DNA of 64,000 nt from Bacteroidota bacterium (GCA_035518715.1 DATIXJ010000027.1:18590-82589); one strand, 5' to 3'; positions 9,530-19,112 are shown, counted from the first letter of the stretch. Translations and numbers: made by a program. The notes: generated by a model from the letters alone, not told the origin.

Positions 9530-9805
9530 ATGAAAACTCTCACAGATCAGGAAGTTGCCGCGGCGGTGAAGAAGTTGAAAGGATGGAATCTGATCGGAAA
9601 AGAAATCCGGAAATCATTCATCCATAAGGATTTCGTTCATGCCGTCGGGTTTGTGAATTCCGTCGCACTTGTTGCCGAACGGGCGAACCATCATCCTGAT
9701 ATCGACGTCCGGTGGAATACGGTCACGCTGACGCTCTCCACGCACAGTGCCGGCGGACTTACCGAAAAGGACTTCAAACTTGCCGGCGAAATCGATGAGA
9801 TCTGA
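9530..9805 (+). CDS. phhB: Pterin-4-alpha-carbinolamine dehydratase
   Basis: 91 aa, with W..........F.F..F..A..F...VA..AE...HHPDI..-W..V pattern. Confidence 0.85.
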   Translation: MKTLTDQEVAAAVKKLKGWNLIGKEIRKSFIHKDFVHAVGFVNSVALVAERANHHPDIDVRWNTVTLTLSTHSAGGLTEKDFKLAGEIDEI

Positions 9806-9838
9806 ACTCATGGTTCCCAATTCCTCCCGTACCGGAGC

Positions 9839-10420
9839 ATGACGAGCGAAGAAATTCTCACACTCTTCCGGAACACCAATGCTCTCCTCGAAGGTCATTT
9901 CCAGCTGACCTCTGGCTTGCACAGTCCGCAGTATTTCCAGTGCGCGAAAGTCCTGCAACATCCCGAGTATGCCGAAAAACTCTGCCGCGAACTATCTTCA
10001 CGGTTTCAGGATGATGCGATCGATGTCGTGATCTCACCCGCGCTCGGAGGAATTGTGGTTGGACAGGAAGTCGGGCGGCAGCTTGGGATCCGCACCATCT
10101 TTACGGAGCGCAAGGAAGGTGCAATGGAACTTCGCCGTGGGTTCGAAATTGCACGAGGCGAGAAGGTTCTCGTCTGTGAAGACGTCATCACGACCGGCGG
10201 ATCGGTGAACGAGGTCATCGGTATCGTTGAGCGGAACGGCGGAACGCTCGTCGGCGTCGGCGCAATCGTCGACCGCAGCGCCGGCAGGGCAACGTATCCG
10301 CGGTTCACCGTTGCATTGACGATGCATGTCGTCACCTACCCACCGGCCGATTGCCCGCTTTGCAAAAAAGGCATTCCAGTCGATAAACCCGGGAGCCGCG
10401 TTCCTGCTGCCAGGAAGTAG
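9839..10420 (+). CDS. pyrE: Orotate phosphoribosyltransferase
   Basis: [14 protein letters not shown] and the PRPP-binding loop [13 protein letters not shown] are present. Confidence 0.9.
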   Translation: MTSEEILTLFRNTNALLEGHFQLTSGLHSPQYFQCAKVLQHPEYAEKLCRELSSRFQDDAIDVVISPALGGIVVGQEVGRQLGIRTIFTERKEGAMELRRGFEIARGEKVLVCEDVITTGGSVNEVIGIVERNGGTLVGVGAIVDRSAGRATYPRFTVALTMHVVTYPPADCPLCKKGIPVDKPGSRVPAARK

Positions 10421-10421
10421 C

Positions 10422-11513
10422 ATGATTACGGAAGATACCATCATCAATCATACCATCATCGCCGTCCTGATCATCATCGGGTCGGTGATTGTCGGGAAAC
10501 TGGCGAAATGGATCATCGGGGTCATCTTCAAGCGTCTCGCTGCGCGAACAAAAACGGTGCTCGACGATCTCCTTCTCGAAGTGGTCGAAGCAAGGATCGT
10601 CCTGCTCACAACGCTTGCGGGTTTCAGCATCGGCATTCAGGAAGTCCGTAAAGGGCTGACCTCCGCCAACGTCACACATCATCAGATCCTCGATTACCTT
10701 TCGATCGCACTCTTTGTCGTCCTCGTCGGCGTGATCGCAAACCTCGTCAGCCGTCTCTTCAGGACGCTGATGGTCTGGTACGCAGAGAAGGTTTCTGCAG
10801 AAAAGCACAGTAATATCCGTCCGATGATCGTGCCCGTAACGACGAAGCTCATGAACATTCTCCTCTTCATGATCGGCGGGATCATCATTCTCGACCATTT
10901 CGGCGTGAATATCGGCGGGCTCCTCGTTTCTCTCGGCGTCGGCTCACTGGCGGTTGCACTTGCGGCACAGGAAACGCTCGCCAATATGATTGCCTGGTTC
11001 GTGATTCTCATTGACCAGCCGATCCGCATCGGTGACCGGATCCGTCTTCCCTCAGGAGATGAAGGGGATGTACTTCAAATAACACTGCGCAGCACGCGCA
11101 TTCTCAACCCGGACAACAATCTTGTGATCATCCCGAACAGCGATATTGTCAAGAGCAGGATCGTGAATCTTTCGGTGCCGGATATCAGCGGCTCGTATGT
11201 GGTGGATTTCCCCGTAACCATCGGATCTGACGTTGAAAAGGTGAGGAAAATTATGACGGATGTGGCGCGTCAGTCGCCGGATGCAGGACAGGATTCCATT
11301 CCGGATGTGAGAATTGTGGAAATCCGTGAGACGGCGATGATGGTGCGGGTTTCGGGGAAGATTTCTGATGTCCGGAATAAATATGCGGTCGAAACGGCAC
11401 TTCGCGAGAAAGTGTATACGGCATTCCGCGCACAGGGTGTCGAAATCCCATCGGCGGCAAAATATATCGCCATCCAGAATTCCAATGCAACTCAAACTTC
11501 TCAAGCGAAATAA
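10422..11513 (+). CDS. Mechanosensitive ion channel (MscS family)
   Basis: The internal ATG at 10422 lies 1 nt after the pyrE stop. TM helices are followed by an MscS beta-domain (IRIGDRIRL...GDVLQITLRSTRI). Confidence 0.85.
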   Translation: MITEDTIINHTIIAVLIIIGSVIVGKLAKWIIGVIFKRLAARTKTVLDDLLLEVVEARIVLLTTLAGFSIGIQEVRKGLTSANVTHHQILDYLSIALFVVLVGVIANLVSRLFRTLMVWYAEKVSAEKHSNIRPMIVPVTTKLMNILLFMIGGIIILDHFGVNIGGLLVSLGVGSLAVALAAQETLANMIAWFVILIDQPIRIGDRIRLPSGDEGDVLQITLRSTRILNPDNNLVIIPNSDIVKSRIVNLSVPDISGSYVVDFPVTIGSDVEKVRKIMTDVARQSPDAGQDSIPDVRIVEIRETAMMVRVSGKISDVRNKYAVETALREKVYTAFRAQGVEIPSAAKYIAIQNSNATQTSQAK

Positions 11514-12036
11514 CGTCTACCGCGGCCGCGTCTTCAACATTATTGTCGACGAGGTGGAATATCCTTCCGGCAACCGGGCAGTGCGCGAAGTTGCGGAACA
11601 CGGCGGCGGCGCGGTCGTCCTGGCAGTCTTTCCGGATCATCGCATCATCCTCGTCCATCAGCACCGGTATCCTCTCAATGAATTCATCCTTGAGCTTCCT
11701 GCGGGGAAGCTGGAGAAAGCGGAAGATCCTCTTCACTGCGCCCAGCGAGAGCTTGAGGAGGAAACCGGCTATCATGCATCAACCTGGAAAAAGCTGACAT
11801 CAATTTATACCACCCCCGGATTCTGCAGTGAAATTCTTCATATTTATCTTGCAACAGGGTTAACTCCTGCACCCGGCGGGCGAAAACTTGAAGAAGGGGA
11901 GCTGACGATGTCGCTGAGGTTTGTCTCGCTTGAAGAATCCATTGCCATGATCGACAAAGGTGAGATTCGCGATGGTAAGTCGATCTGCGGCATCATGACA
12001 GGTGACCGGATCATCCGGAAGGAAAAATTGCTGTGA
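11485..12036 (+). CDS. NUDIX hydrolase, ADP-ribose pyrophosphatase-like
   Basis: The Nudix box GKLEKAEDPLHCAQRELEEETGY is present. The start is taken at MQLKLLKRNNVYRG. Confidence 0.85.
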   Translation: MQLKLLKRNNVYRGRVFNIIVDEVEYPSGNRAVREVAEHGGGAVVLAVFPDHRIILVHQHRYPLNEFILELPAGKLEKAEDPLHCAQRELEEETGYHASTWKKLTSIYTTPGFCSEILHIYLATGLTPAPGGRKLEEGELTMSLRFVSLEESIAMIDKGEIRDGKSICGIMTGDRIIRKEKLL

Positions 12037-12212
12037 CCGTAGAGGATGAGAAGAATAAACGGAATTATCGTCTCGAACTGAAGCACTGCATCATCCCAAC
12101 CTGCGGCGGCGAGCTCGAGGAGCTTTCGTATTATGAACGGAACAACTGGGCGACTGTGGAGCTCCAGTGTAAGATCTGCAAGCGCAGGTTTGTCGTCAAA
12201 GTGGAAATCTGA
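12033..12212 (+). CDS. Small zinc-ribbon protein (59 aa), not in the supplied ORF track
   Basis: The GTG start overlaps the NUDIX stop (GTGA). GGAAGGA lies 9 nt upstream. The frame is open for 59 codons and ends 2 nt before the deoA ATG. It carries CxxxxC...CxxC (HCIIPTCGG ... QCKICKRRF). Confidence 0.55.
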   Translation: MTVEDEKNKRNYRLELKHCIIPTCGGELEELSYYERNNWATVELQCKICKRRFVVKVEI

Positions 12213-12214
12213 AC

Positions 12215-13549
12215 ATGAAATTCAATCCCATAGAAATCATCCGGAAAAAAAGAAACGGCGGCACGCTCACGCGGGAAGAGATGGAATTTTTCATCCGCGG
12301 GATTCTCGATGCCGGTATTCCCGATTACCAGGCGGCTGCATTCCTCATGGCGGTCTACTTCCAGTCGATGTCGTTTGAGGAAACGAGCACCTTTGCCGAC
12401 TGCATGCTTCATTCGGGAGTTGTGGTGGATTTGTCGAATGTGCCGGGAATAAAAGTCGACAAGCACTCGACCGGAGGTGTTGGAGACAAGGTCTCGATCA
12501 TCCTCGCACCGATGGTGGCTGCATGTGGTGTGCCGGTGCCGATGATTTCGGGAAGGGGACTTGGACATACCGGCGGCACGCTCGATAAGCTCGAGTCGAT
12601 TCCCGGATTCAGGACCGACCTCTCGCTGAAGGAATATGTGGAAGCGATACGGAAAACCGGCGTGGTTATGATCGGGCAGACGGCAGAAATCGCGCCCGCG
12701 GATAAACGATTGTATGCCCTCAGAGATGTTTCGGGAACGGTGGAAAGTATTCCGCTCATCGCCGGCAGCATCATGAGCAAGAAGCTTGCCGAGGGAATTG
12801 ATGCGCTCGTTCTCGACGTGAAAACGGGGCACGGAGCATTCATGGAATCCGAGGAGCGTGCCATCGCCCTTGCACAGATGCTGATTGCGGTCGGAAAACG
12901 GTTCGGGAAGAAAACGATCGGCTTCCTCACCGACATGAGCCAGCCGCTCGGATTTGCGGTCGGCAACTGGCTGGAAGTGGTGGAATGTATCGACTGCCTC
13001 CAGGGAAAAGAGGTTCCCGATCTGATGGAGGTGACATACGTACTTGGCGGTGCGATGGTGATGCTCGGCGGGAAGGCAAAAACCATCGAAGAGGGAATGT
13101 GGCACTGCCGGCGGTCGATCAGCTCGGGTTCTGCGTGGAAGAAGTTCCTCGAGATGGCAAGACAGCAGAAGGGCGATGTTTCCTCTCTCGAAAATCCCGG
13201 GAACTATCCGAAGAGCAAATACCAGATGGACTTGAAGGCGGATACAGACGGCTACATTTCAAAGATTGACGCCCTGGAGACGGGATTTGTGGGAATCATA
13301 CTCGGTGCCGGAAGAACGCGCCTTGACGAGAAGATTGATATGAAAGCCGGGATCGTTTTTCAAAAGAAAGTGGGTGATGCTGTGAAAAAGGAGGAGCGGA
13401 TTGCCGTGCTCTACTCCGACAAAGAAGATGCTCTCGGCGCTGCGGTTACGCGGTTGAAGAGAGCCGTTACTATTTCATCACTACCGCCGAAACACATTCC
13501 GCTCATCCGCGCGATGATCGATGATCAGGGCATCAATCCGTGGAGCTAA
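12215..13549 (+). CDS. deoA: Thymidine / pyrimidine-nucleoside phosphorylase
   Basis: IIRKKRNGG.L..EE, AAFLMAVYF and DKHSTGGVGDK motifs are present. Confidence 0.92.
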   Translation: MKFNPIEIIRKKRNGGTLTREEMEFFIRGILDAGIPDYQAAAFLMAVYFQSMSFEETSTFADCMLHSGVVVDLSNVPGIKVDKHSTGGVGDKVSIILAPMVAACGVPVPMISGRGLGHTGGTLDKLESIPGFRTDLSLKEYVEAIRKTGVVMIGQTAEIAPADKRLYALRDVSGTVESIPLIAGSIMSKKLAEGIDALVLDVKTGHGAFMESEERAIALAQMLIAVGKRFGKKTIGFLTDMSQPLGFAVGNWLEVVECIDCLQGKEVPDLMEVTYVLGGAMVMLGGKAKTIEEGMWHCRRSISSGSAWKKFLEMARQQKGDVSSLENPGNYPKSKYQMDLKADTDGYISKIDALETGFVGIILGAGRTRLDEKIDMKAGIVFQKKVGDAVKKEERIAVLYSDKEDALGAAVTRLKRAVTISSLPPKHIPLIRAMIDDQGINPWS

Positions 13550-13672
13550 CCTGCTGTCAGACTTCTGCGAGAGTGGATCTTTGAAAAGTTTCTGTTTTTG
13601 TCTATCTTTGATGTGTGAAGTTCCCGCGTGTATGCGTAATCTTATCATCAGAATCAATCTTGGAGTTCTTTC

Positions 13673-14113
13673 ATGCCTGTACTGACCTTAGTCAATGAGG
13701 GAAAAACCCTCACTGTCGATCAAGGTGCAAATCTCCGAAAAGTGCTGTTGAAAAACGGCATCTCTCCGTATGTCGGAAAAGACAAATTCCTGAACTGTCT
13801 GGGAAATGGGTTGTGCGGAACGTGCCGCGTGGAAGTGGTGGATGGAAAAGGCGCTCCGGCAATAACACCGCTGGAGGAATCGTCTCTGGTCGGGCTCGCG
13901 CCGTTTTACGGCCGCTTGATCCCGAAGAATGTCCGCCTCGCCTGCCGCATCGCCGTCGGTGCGGATATGGCGATCAAAACCTATCCGAAGGTCACGATCG
14001 ACATGGCGCTCACGAAGGAGCGGCTCACCATGTGTGCGATCTGGCTTTTCTTCGGCGGGACGTTCGCTTTTGTGATGGGACGCCTGCTTCTCGAGATCGC
14101 AACGGGAAGATAG
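13673..14113 (+). CDS. 2Fe-2S ferredoxin-like protein with C-terminal transmembrane helix
   Basis: Cys pattern CLGNGLCGTCRV ... LACRI. The last ~35 aa are hydrophobic (CAIWLFFGGTFAFVMGRLLL). Confidence 0.7.
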   Translation: MPVLTLVNEGKTLTVDQGANLRKVLLKNGISPYVGKDKFLNCLGNGLCGTCRVEVVDGKGAPAITPLEESSLVGLAPFYGRLIPKNVRLACRIAVGADMAIKTYPKVTIDMALTKERLTMCAIWLFFGGTFAFVMGRLLLEIATGR

Positions 14114-14135
14114 TCTTCGGCGTACGCCAGTTCTC

Positions 14136-14909
14136 CTAAACGTTCTCGAGGATTTTCATCATTTCCTCGTGTATGCGTCCGTTCGTTGCGAGGACCTGCT
14201 TCTCGTATATGGAAAACGGCTTTCCGGCGAAATCCGACAGCATTCCTCCTGCTTCCGTGACGATGATGGCACCGGCCGCCATGTCCCACGGGTTGAGATG
14301 TACCTCCCAGAAACCTTCGTAACGCCCCGCCGCGACGTACGCCATATCGATCGCAGCTGAGCCCATTCTTCGCACCGCCTGTGCATCCATCAGAAACTGC
14401 ACGAAGTGCTCGACCGCGTTATCGGGATTCTCCCTGATGTTATATGGGAATCCGGTAACGAGGAGACTCTTTTTCAACGACTCTACCGATGAAACGTGCA
14501 TCCGTTTTCCGTTGAGGAAGGCGCCTTTGCCCTTCTCTGCGGTGAAGAGCTCGTCGAAATTCGGATCATAGATTGCTCCGGCGATCAGCTCGCCGCAGTG
14601 CTCGAGCCCTATCGAGACGCAGAAGACCGGGAACCCGTGCGTAAAGTTCGTTGTCCCGTCGAGCGGATCGATGACCCACCGGTAGTCCGATTTTGCGCCG
14701 CGCGCTTTGCCGCTCTCTTCCGCAAGTATATCGTGTGAAGGGAAGTGCTTCTTGATGATTGAGATGATGATCTCTTCCGAGTGCTTATCGATCTCGGTAA
14801 CGAGGTTCTTCTCCCCGCCGTCCTTCAGCTCGATGTTCTTCACTTTCCCCAAATTCTGTTTGAGGTATTTTCCGGCTTGTGTTGCCGCTTCAATCGCAGT
14901 AGAGATCAT
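14136..14909 (-). CDS. suhB: Inositol monophosphatase family protein
   Basis: WVIDPLDGTTNF and WDMAAG motifs are present. Confidence 0.9.
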   Translation of the reverse strand: MISTAIEAATQAGKYLKQNLGKVKNIELKDGGEKNLVTEIDKHSEEIIISIIKKHFPSHDILAEESGKARGAKSDYRWVIDPLDGTTNFTHGFPVFCVSIGLEHCGELIAGAIYDPNFDELFTAEKGKGAFLNGKRMHVSSVESLKKSLLVTGFPYNIRENPDNAVEHFVQFLMDAQAVRRMGSAAIDMAYVAAGRYEGFWEVHLNPWDMAAGAIIVTEAGGMLSDFAGKPFSIYEKQVLATNGRIHEEMMKILENV

Positions 14910-16204
14910 GATTCTTTTTCCTGTAGATCAAGAGAATGCCCCAGGAGTTTCTGGAGTTGTTCGATATTTTTCCGGCTGACGCGGAAGTGGACGCGGATGT
15001 GGTTGTCTTCGTATTCCTGAGCGAGAATATCCGCGATCTCGTGGAGCTTTGCAATGGTGCCGTATTCCGACTGTGCGAGCGTGATCGTATGCTCGGCAGT
15101 TTCACGTTCCATAAGTTTGCGGATCATCGTCGTAAGGCCGGAGAGATTGATCCCGCGCTCTGCAGAGATGAAAACCGGGTGATCGTACCGCAGGCCCAGC
15201 TCCCTTACGATCGAGCGGTCGGTCATCCGGTCGATCTTGTTGAAGACATGAATCATCGGTTTGCCGGAAGCGTTGATCTCCTCTAGTGTGTGGTCGACGA
15301 CGGCAATGTGTTCTTCGAAAAGCGGATGACTGACATCCACAACGTGGAGGAGAATGTCCGCTTCCGCGGTTTCTGCCAGTGTGGTGCGAAATGACGCTAT
15401 GAGATGGGGAGGGAGTTTTCTGATGAATCCAACCGTATCCGACAAAAGGATTTTTTTGGATGAATTGATCTGAACCTGCCTCACGGTGGTATCAAGTGTG
15501 GCGAAGAGCCGGTCTTCCACAAATACATCAGCATTTGAGAGCGCCCGGAGGAGTGTGGATTTCCCCGCGTTGGTATATCCGACCATTGCCACACGTGTCA
15601 AATCCTTACGGCCCTTCCGCTGAACTTCACGTTCTTTCCGGATACCTTCGAGCTTCTCTTTGAGATGCGAAATCCGCGCGCGGATAGCGCGTCGATCGGT
15701 CTCGATCTGTGTTTCACCGGGACCTTTTGTCCCGACACCGCCGTACTGTTTCGAGAGATGCGTCCATTGGCGTGTGAGGCGGGGCAGGAGGTACTGCAGT
15801 TGTGCCAGCTCGACCTGTGTCATTGCCTCCTTTGTTTTTGCACGTGCGGCGAAGATGTCGAGAATCAGGGTACTCCGGTCCAGCACTTTGCAGGAAATGA
15901 CTTTTTCCAGGTTTCGCATCTGAACCGGTGAGAGATCATCATCGAAAATGACGAGGTCGATCATGCGGTCTGCCGCGATCTCGCCGATCTCACGCGCTTT
16001 GCCGCTTCCGATGAATGTTGCCGCGTCGATCCGGTCGCGTTCCTGAATGAAACGGAAGAGAACATCTGCACCGGCAGTGTCTGCAAGGAGGACAAGCTCG
16101 TTGAGATACTCTTCCACCTGTGACCGCGGAGCCGAGCGCGTCTCAACCCCGACTGCAATAGCAGTTTCACGCTCATCGGCCCGGATTTCCTTCATCGTTA
16201 TCAT
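14906..16204 (-). CDS. hflX: GTPase HflX
   Basis: HflX N-domain plus G-domain GYTNAGKSTLL, DTVGF, NKID. There is a 4-nt overlap with suhB. Confidence 0.93.
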   Translation of the reverse strand: MITMKEIRADERETAIAVGVETRSAPRSQVEEYLNELVLLADTAGADVLFRFIQERDRIDAATFIGSGKAREIGEIAADRMIDLVIFDDDLSPVQMRNLEKVISCKVLDRSTLILDIFAARAKTKEAMTQVELAQLQYLLPRLTRQWTHLSKQYGGVGTKGPGETQIETDRRAIRARISHLKEKLEGIRKEREVQRKGRKDLTRVAMVGYTNAGKSTLLRALSNADVFVEDRLFATLDTTVRQVQINSSKKILLSDTVGFIRKLPPHLIASFRTTLAETAEADILLHVVDVSHPLFEEHIAVVDHTLEEINASGKPMIHVFNKIDRMTDRSIVRELGLRYDHPVFISAERGINLSGLTTMIRKLMERETAEHTITLAQSEYGTIAKLHEIADILAQEYEDNHIRVHFRVSRKNIEQLQKLLGHSLDLQEKES

Positions 16205-18373
16205 TTATGCCGGCTCTTCCAGTGCTTTTCGTGAATCGCGCGCAATCATCATCTCGGTCAGTGCCAGGAGGAGTGCGATGGCGACACAGTATCTCCAGAG
16301 CTCAACGCCGAAGCGTGTCTGCAAAATAGCCGATTGCATTGTAGTTCCCGCGGGCAGATCGGTGACCCGGTCCGAAGCGATCCCGTGACGCTGCCAGAGT
16401 TTTTCCTCATCTTCGGAAGCCGCTCTGCGCGTGTCCGATCCGTGCGGGTCGATGTTCACCGCGAAGACCGAAACGGGCTTCGTACCGTTGTCGAGCTCGT
16501 AGACTCCGGGAATTCTCAACATCGGACTTTGGACGGTCATTGCCGTGGTGAATCCGCTTCCCCCGGTCGACTGCACAGACGGCTGGACGCGGTCTTCCGT
16601 GTTATCGGGCGATTTGATAGTGAATTGCTTGCCCGGCTGTACCGTTTCCGAGATCATAAGCGTCGGCTGAGTGCCCGTGATAAATGACGACTGCTGATGC
16701 TCTTTCGGAGAGACGTAGATGATGGAACGATAAACGATCGGTGCGAAGAGCGCCTTGAACGGAAAATCCGACCAGCGCGGCGTCGGCGAAACGGAATAGA
16801 AGAGCACCTTGCCCGTACCAACCGGGTGTTCGGTAAGGAACGGAGTGCCGTTGCTCAGGGAGATGATGGTGCGAGCACGCTTTCCGGGCTGGCGCTGAAC
16901 TGCCTGTGTGATTGCCGGCGATTCAATCTGTTCGGACGTTCGCTTCTGTGCGAACCTGTCGTGCTCGTACATTGTGTTCAGGAGAGGATGGTCGAGATCC
17001 GTGTTCCGAAACGAGATCTGTGCGCTTCCCGCGGGTGCCGTGACAATTCCCTGGATTGGGGGGATATCCAGAAGCGGGAACAGCGTAGAGTTGTAGTTCT
17101 GTGCAACGATGTCGTTTCCCGGGAAGAGGATGAGACCTCCGCCGTCCTGGAGAAATGACCTGATCCGGTCGGCATCGCTTGAGTTAAACGAGCGGACATT
17201 GGTGCAAATGAGCACGTCGACGTGGTTCAGGTCGACCTGCGGCAGTTTGTCGCCTGCGACCTGCTGGACGGAGACCAGCGATGGTCCGTTCCCGCGGCCT
17301 GCCGCCTGTATCGCCAGTGAGAGATAGTTGTTGCCGGCATCATCCGTTCCGACGATGGTCACGTTAATCCGGTCGGGGATATACATTGTGAAGTAGCGGC
17401 GGTTGTCGATGTCGAGGGCATCGTTTTCCAGCTCGACATACCCACGGAGGAAGCCGCTGTGGCTCGGGTTCACCTGGAACTCGAGCGAGGAAGCACCATA
17501 TGGCTCAAGTGAGACACTGCTCTGCGCCTGCTTCGTCCCGTCGAGATAAACGCTAACGACGGAATTGGACAGCGGTCCGTTGCTGAAATTTCTGAACGAA
17601 GCATAGATCGATGCGGGCTTTCCCTCTTCGAGGAGTGTGCTCTGGACACGCACAGAATCGACGGCCGTGTTGGAGATTTCCTTCGACCCAATCGGAATGA
17701 GGAAGACGGCGGTGTGCTGATCGGCGAGTGAATCCGCGCGTTTTCCCTGAGGAAGCTCAAAGAGTGTCTTCTGCATGTCGCTGATAATGTAGAGCTCACG
17801 GTTTGCATTCGTCGACCTTCGGAGCAGTGGGAGTGCTGCCGTCAAGCCGTCATCGAGCGTATGGCGGATATCCGAGACCTGCGTTTCCTGGAGTGCTCTC
17901 CGGATGACACCGACGTCGTGTGTCGGCGGGTTAACGGTCACCTTCGGGAGATCCGAAAGTTTGAGAAAGTAGATCTCGTCCCCCTGTTTGACGACGGAGA
18001 GAAGTTTGTCCGCTGCATCCTTTGCCTGTTTGAGCCGTTCGCCGTGCTCGTCGCTGGCGTCCATACTGAACGAATCATCGAAAATGATAAGTATGGTGGA
18101 GTGCGCCTCTGTGCCGATGCCGGTAAAGAGTGTGCCGTGGAGTGCGGGCCGCGCAAATGCTAGCACGATGAAAATGACGAGGAGAATGCGGATCAGGAGC
18201 AGGATAAGCTGGCGGAACTTGAGCCGCCGTATGCGTGTTTGCTGGAGCTCTTTGAGAAACGTGAGCGTGCTGAATTCGACGGTACGGAGCTTGCGCAGTG
18301 TGAGAAGATGAAACAGGACGGGAATCGCAGCCGCGGCTAATCCGAGGAGTACAAAAGGATTGAGAAACGTCAT
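16205..18373 (-). CDS. Membrane protein with BatA-type N-terminal domain and vWA-like region
   Basis: The N-terminus MTFLNPFVLLGLAAAAIPVLFHLL...R is the aerotolerance-regulator N-terminal pattern. ILIIFDDSFSM resembles a vWA MIDAS start. The stop abuts the hflX start. Confidence 0.75.
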   Translation of the reverse strand: MTFLNPFVLLGLAAAAIPVLFHLLTLRKLRTVEFSTLTFLKELQQTRIRRLKFRQLILLLIRILLVIFIVLAFARPALHGTLFTGIGTEAHSTILIIFDDSFSMDASDEHGERLKQAKDAADKLLSVVKQGDEIYFLKLSDLPKVTVNPPTHDVGVIRRALQETQVSDIRHTLDDGLTAALPLLRRSTNANRELYIISDMQKTLFELPQGKRADSLADQHTAVFLIPIGSKEISNTAVDSVRVQSTLLEEGKPASIYASFRNFSNGPLSNSVVSVYLDGTKQAQSSVSLEPYGASSLEFQVNPSHSGFLRGYVELENDALDIDNRRYFTMYIPDRINVTIVGTDDAGNNYLSLAIQAAGRGNGPSLVSVQQVAGDKLPQVDLNHVDVLICTNVRSFNSSDADRIRSFLQDGGGLILFPGNDIVAQNYNSTLFPLLDIPPIQGIVTAPAGSAQISFRNTDLDHPLLNTMYEHDRFAQKRTSEQIESPAITQAVQRQPGKRARTIISLSNGTPFLTEHPVGTGKVLFYSVSPTPRWSDFPFKALFAPIVYRSIIYVSPKEHQQSSFITGTQPTLMISETVQPGKQFTIKSPDNTEDRVQPSVQSTGGSGFTTAMTVQSPMLRIPGVYELDNGTKPVSVFAVNIDPHGSDTRRAASEDEEKLWQRHGIASDRVTDLPAGTTMQSAILQTRFGVELWRYCVAIALLLALTEMMIARDSRKALEEPA

Positions 18374-18566
18374 GAGGAGAAGGGAAGTGCCTTCAAAGCT
18401 GAATCATCGCCCATTTTCTTCAAGAACCGGAAAATTTGTGAGAAAAGCAATCCGCTCTGGGAGAGCGCTTTTCTCTTTCCGGCTAATATCCTATCTTACG
18501 GAACGGTTCTGACCGATAAGTCATTACAGAATCTTCAATACTTATCCACCGCCAGGAGGTATCAAG

Positions 18567-19112
18567 ATGAGTCGCTCTCAGTTGCTCGTTCTTGCAGCAA
18601 TCGTATTCATTGTGAGTCAAGCCATGGCCCAGAAACCGCCGCCGGCAGTCGATAGTGCCCGGGCAAAACTGCAATTTCTTGCAGGAAGATTCACGACAGA
18701 GGTCAGCATGCCGCCGGGTCCCGGAATGCCTAAGGGCGCTACCGGAAAGGGGACGTCACTCATTGTCTGGGCGCTCGATTCGGCGTTCCTCATGATCGAT
18801 GAACAGAGTATCAACTCTCTGCTTGGTAATTACAAGGGGCACGGCATGCTCTACTTCGATCCTAACGTGCAACAGTATATGCTCACCATGTACAATAATT
18901 TTGGGGACCACCCGTCGTACAAAGGTGACTTTTTCGGCGATACGCTCGTACTGCTTACGAAAGTGCCGATGCCGGGACATCCCTTTGATCAGAAGCTCCT
19001 TTGGTACAAAGACGGCGGTACTGTCAAACTAAAAGTGATGAACGATATTGGGAAGGGCTTCGCTCTCGCACTCGAGCAAACTGCGACGCCGGTGACCGGA
19101 AAGGCAAAATAA
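18567..19112 (+). CDS. Secreted DUF1579-like (lipocalin-fold) protein
   Basis: Signal peptide ending AMAQ. The LAGRF...G.G...YD....Y....W pattern recalls DUF1579. Confidence 0.55.
   Translation: MSRSQLLVLAAIVFIVSQAMAQKPPPAVDSARAKLQFLAGRFTTEVSMPPGPGMPKGATGKGTSLIVWALDSAFLMIDEQSINSLLGNYKGHGMLYFDPNVQQYMLTMYNNFGDHPSYKGDFFGDTLVLLTKVPMPGHPFDQKLLWYKDGGTVKLKVMNDIGKGFALALEQTATPVTGKAK

Noticed and set aside
12131-13105. Long antisense ORFs inside well-supported genes. This 324-aa ORF opposite deoA is one example. Others are 8798-9493, 22925-23752, 24721-25362, 26403-27185, 27644-28468, 54509-55285, 60637-61311 and 62178-62909.
   Set aside because: They are shadow ORFs typical of GC-rich coding sequence. 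Their translations are low-complexity, Arg/Pro/Ser-rich and lack motifs, while the opposite strands encode unmistakable conserved proteins.
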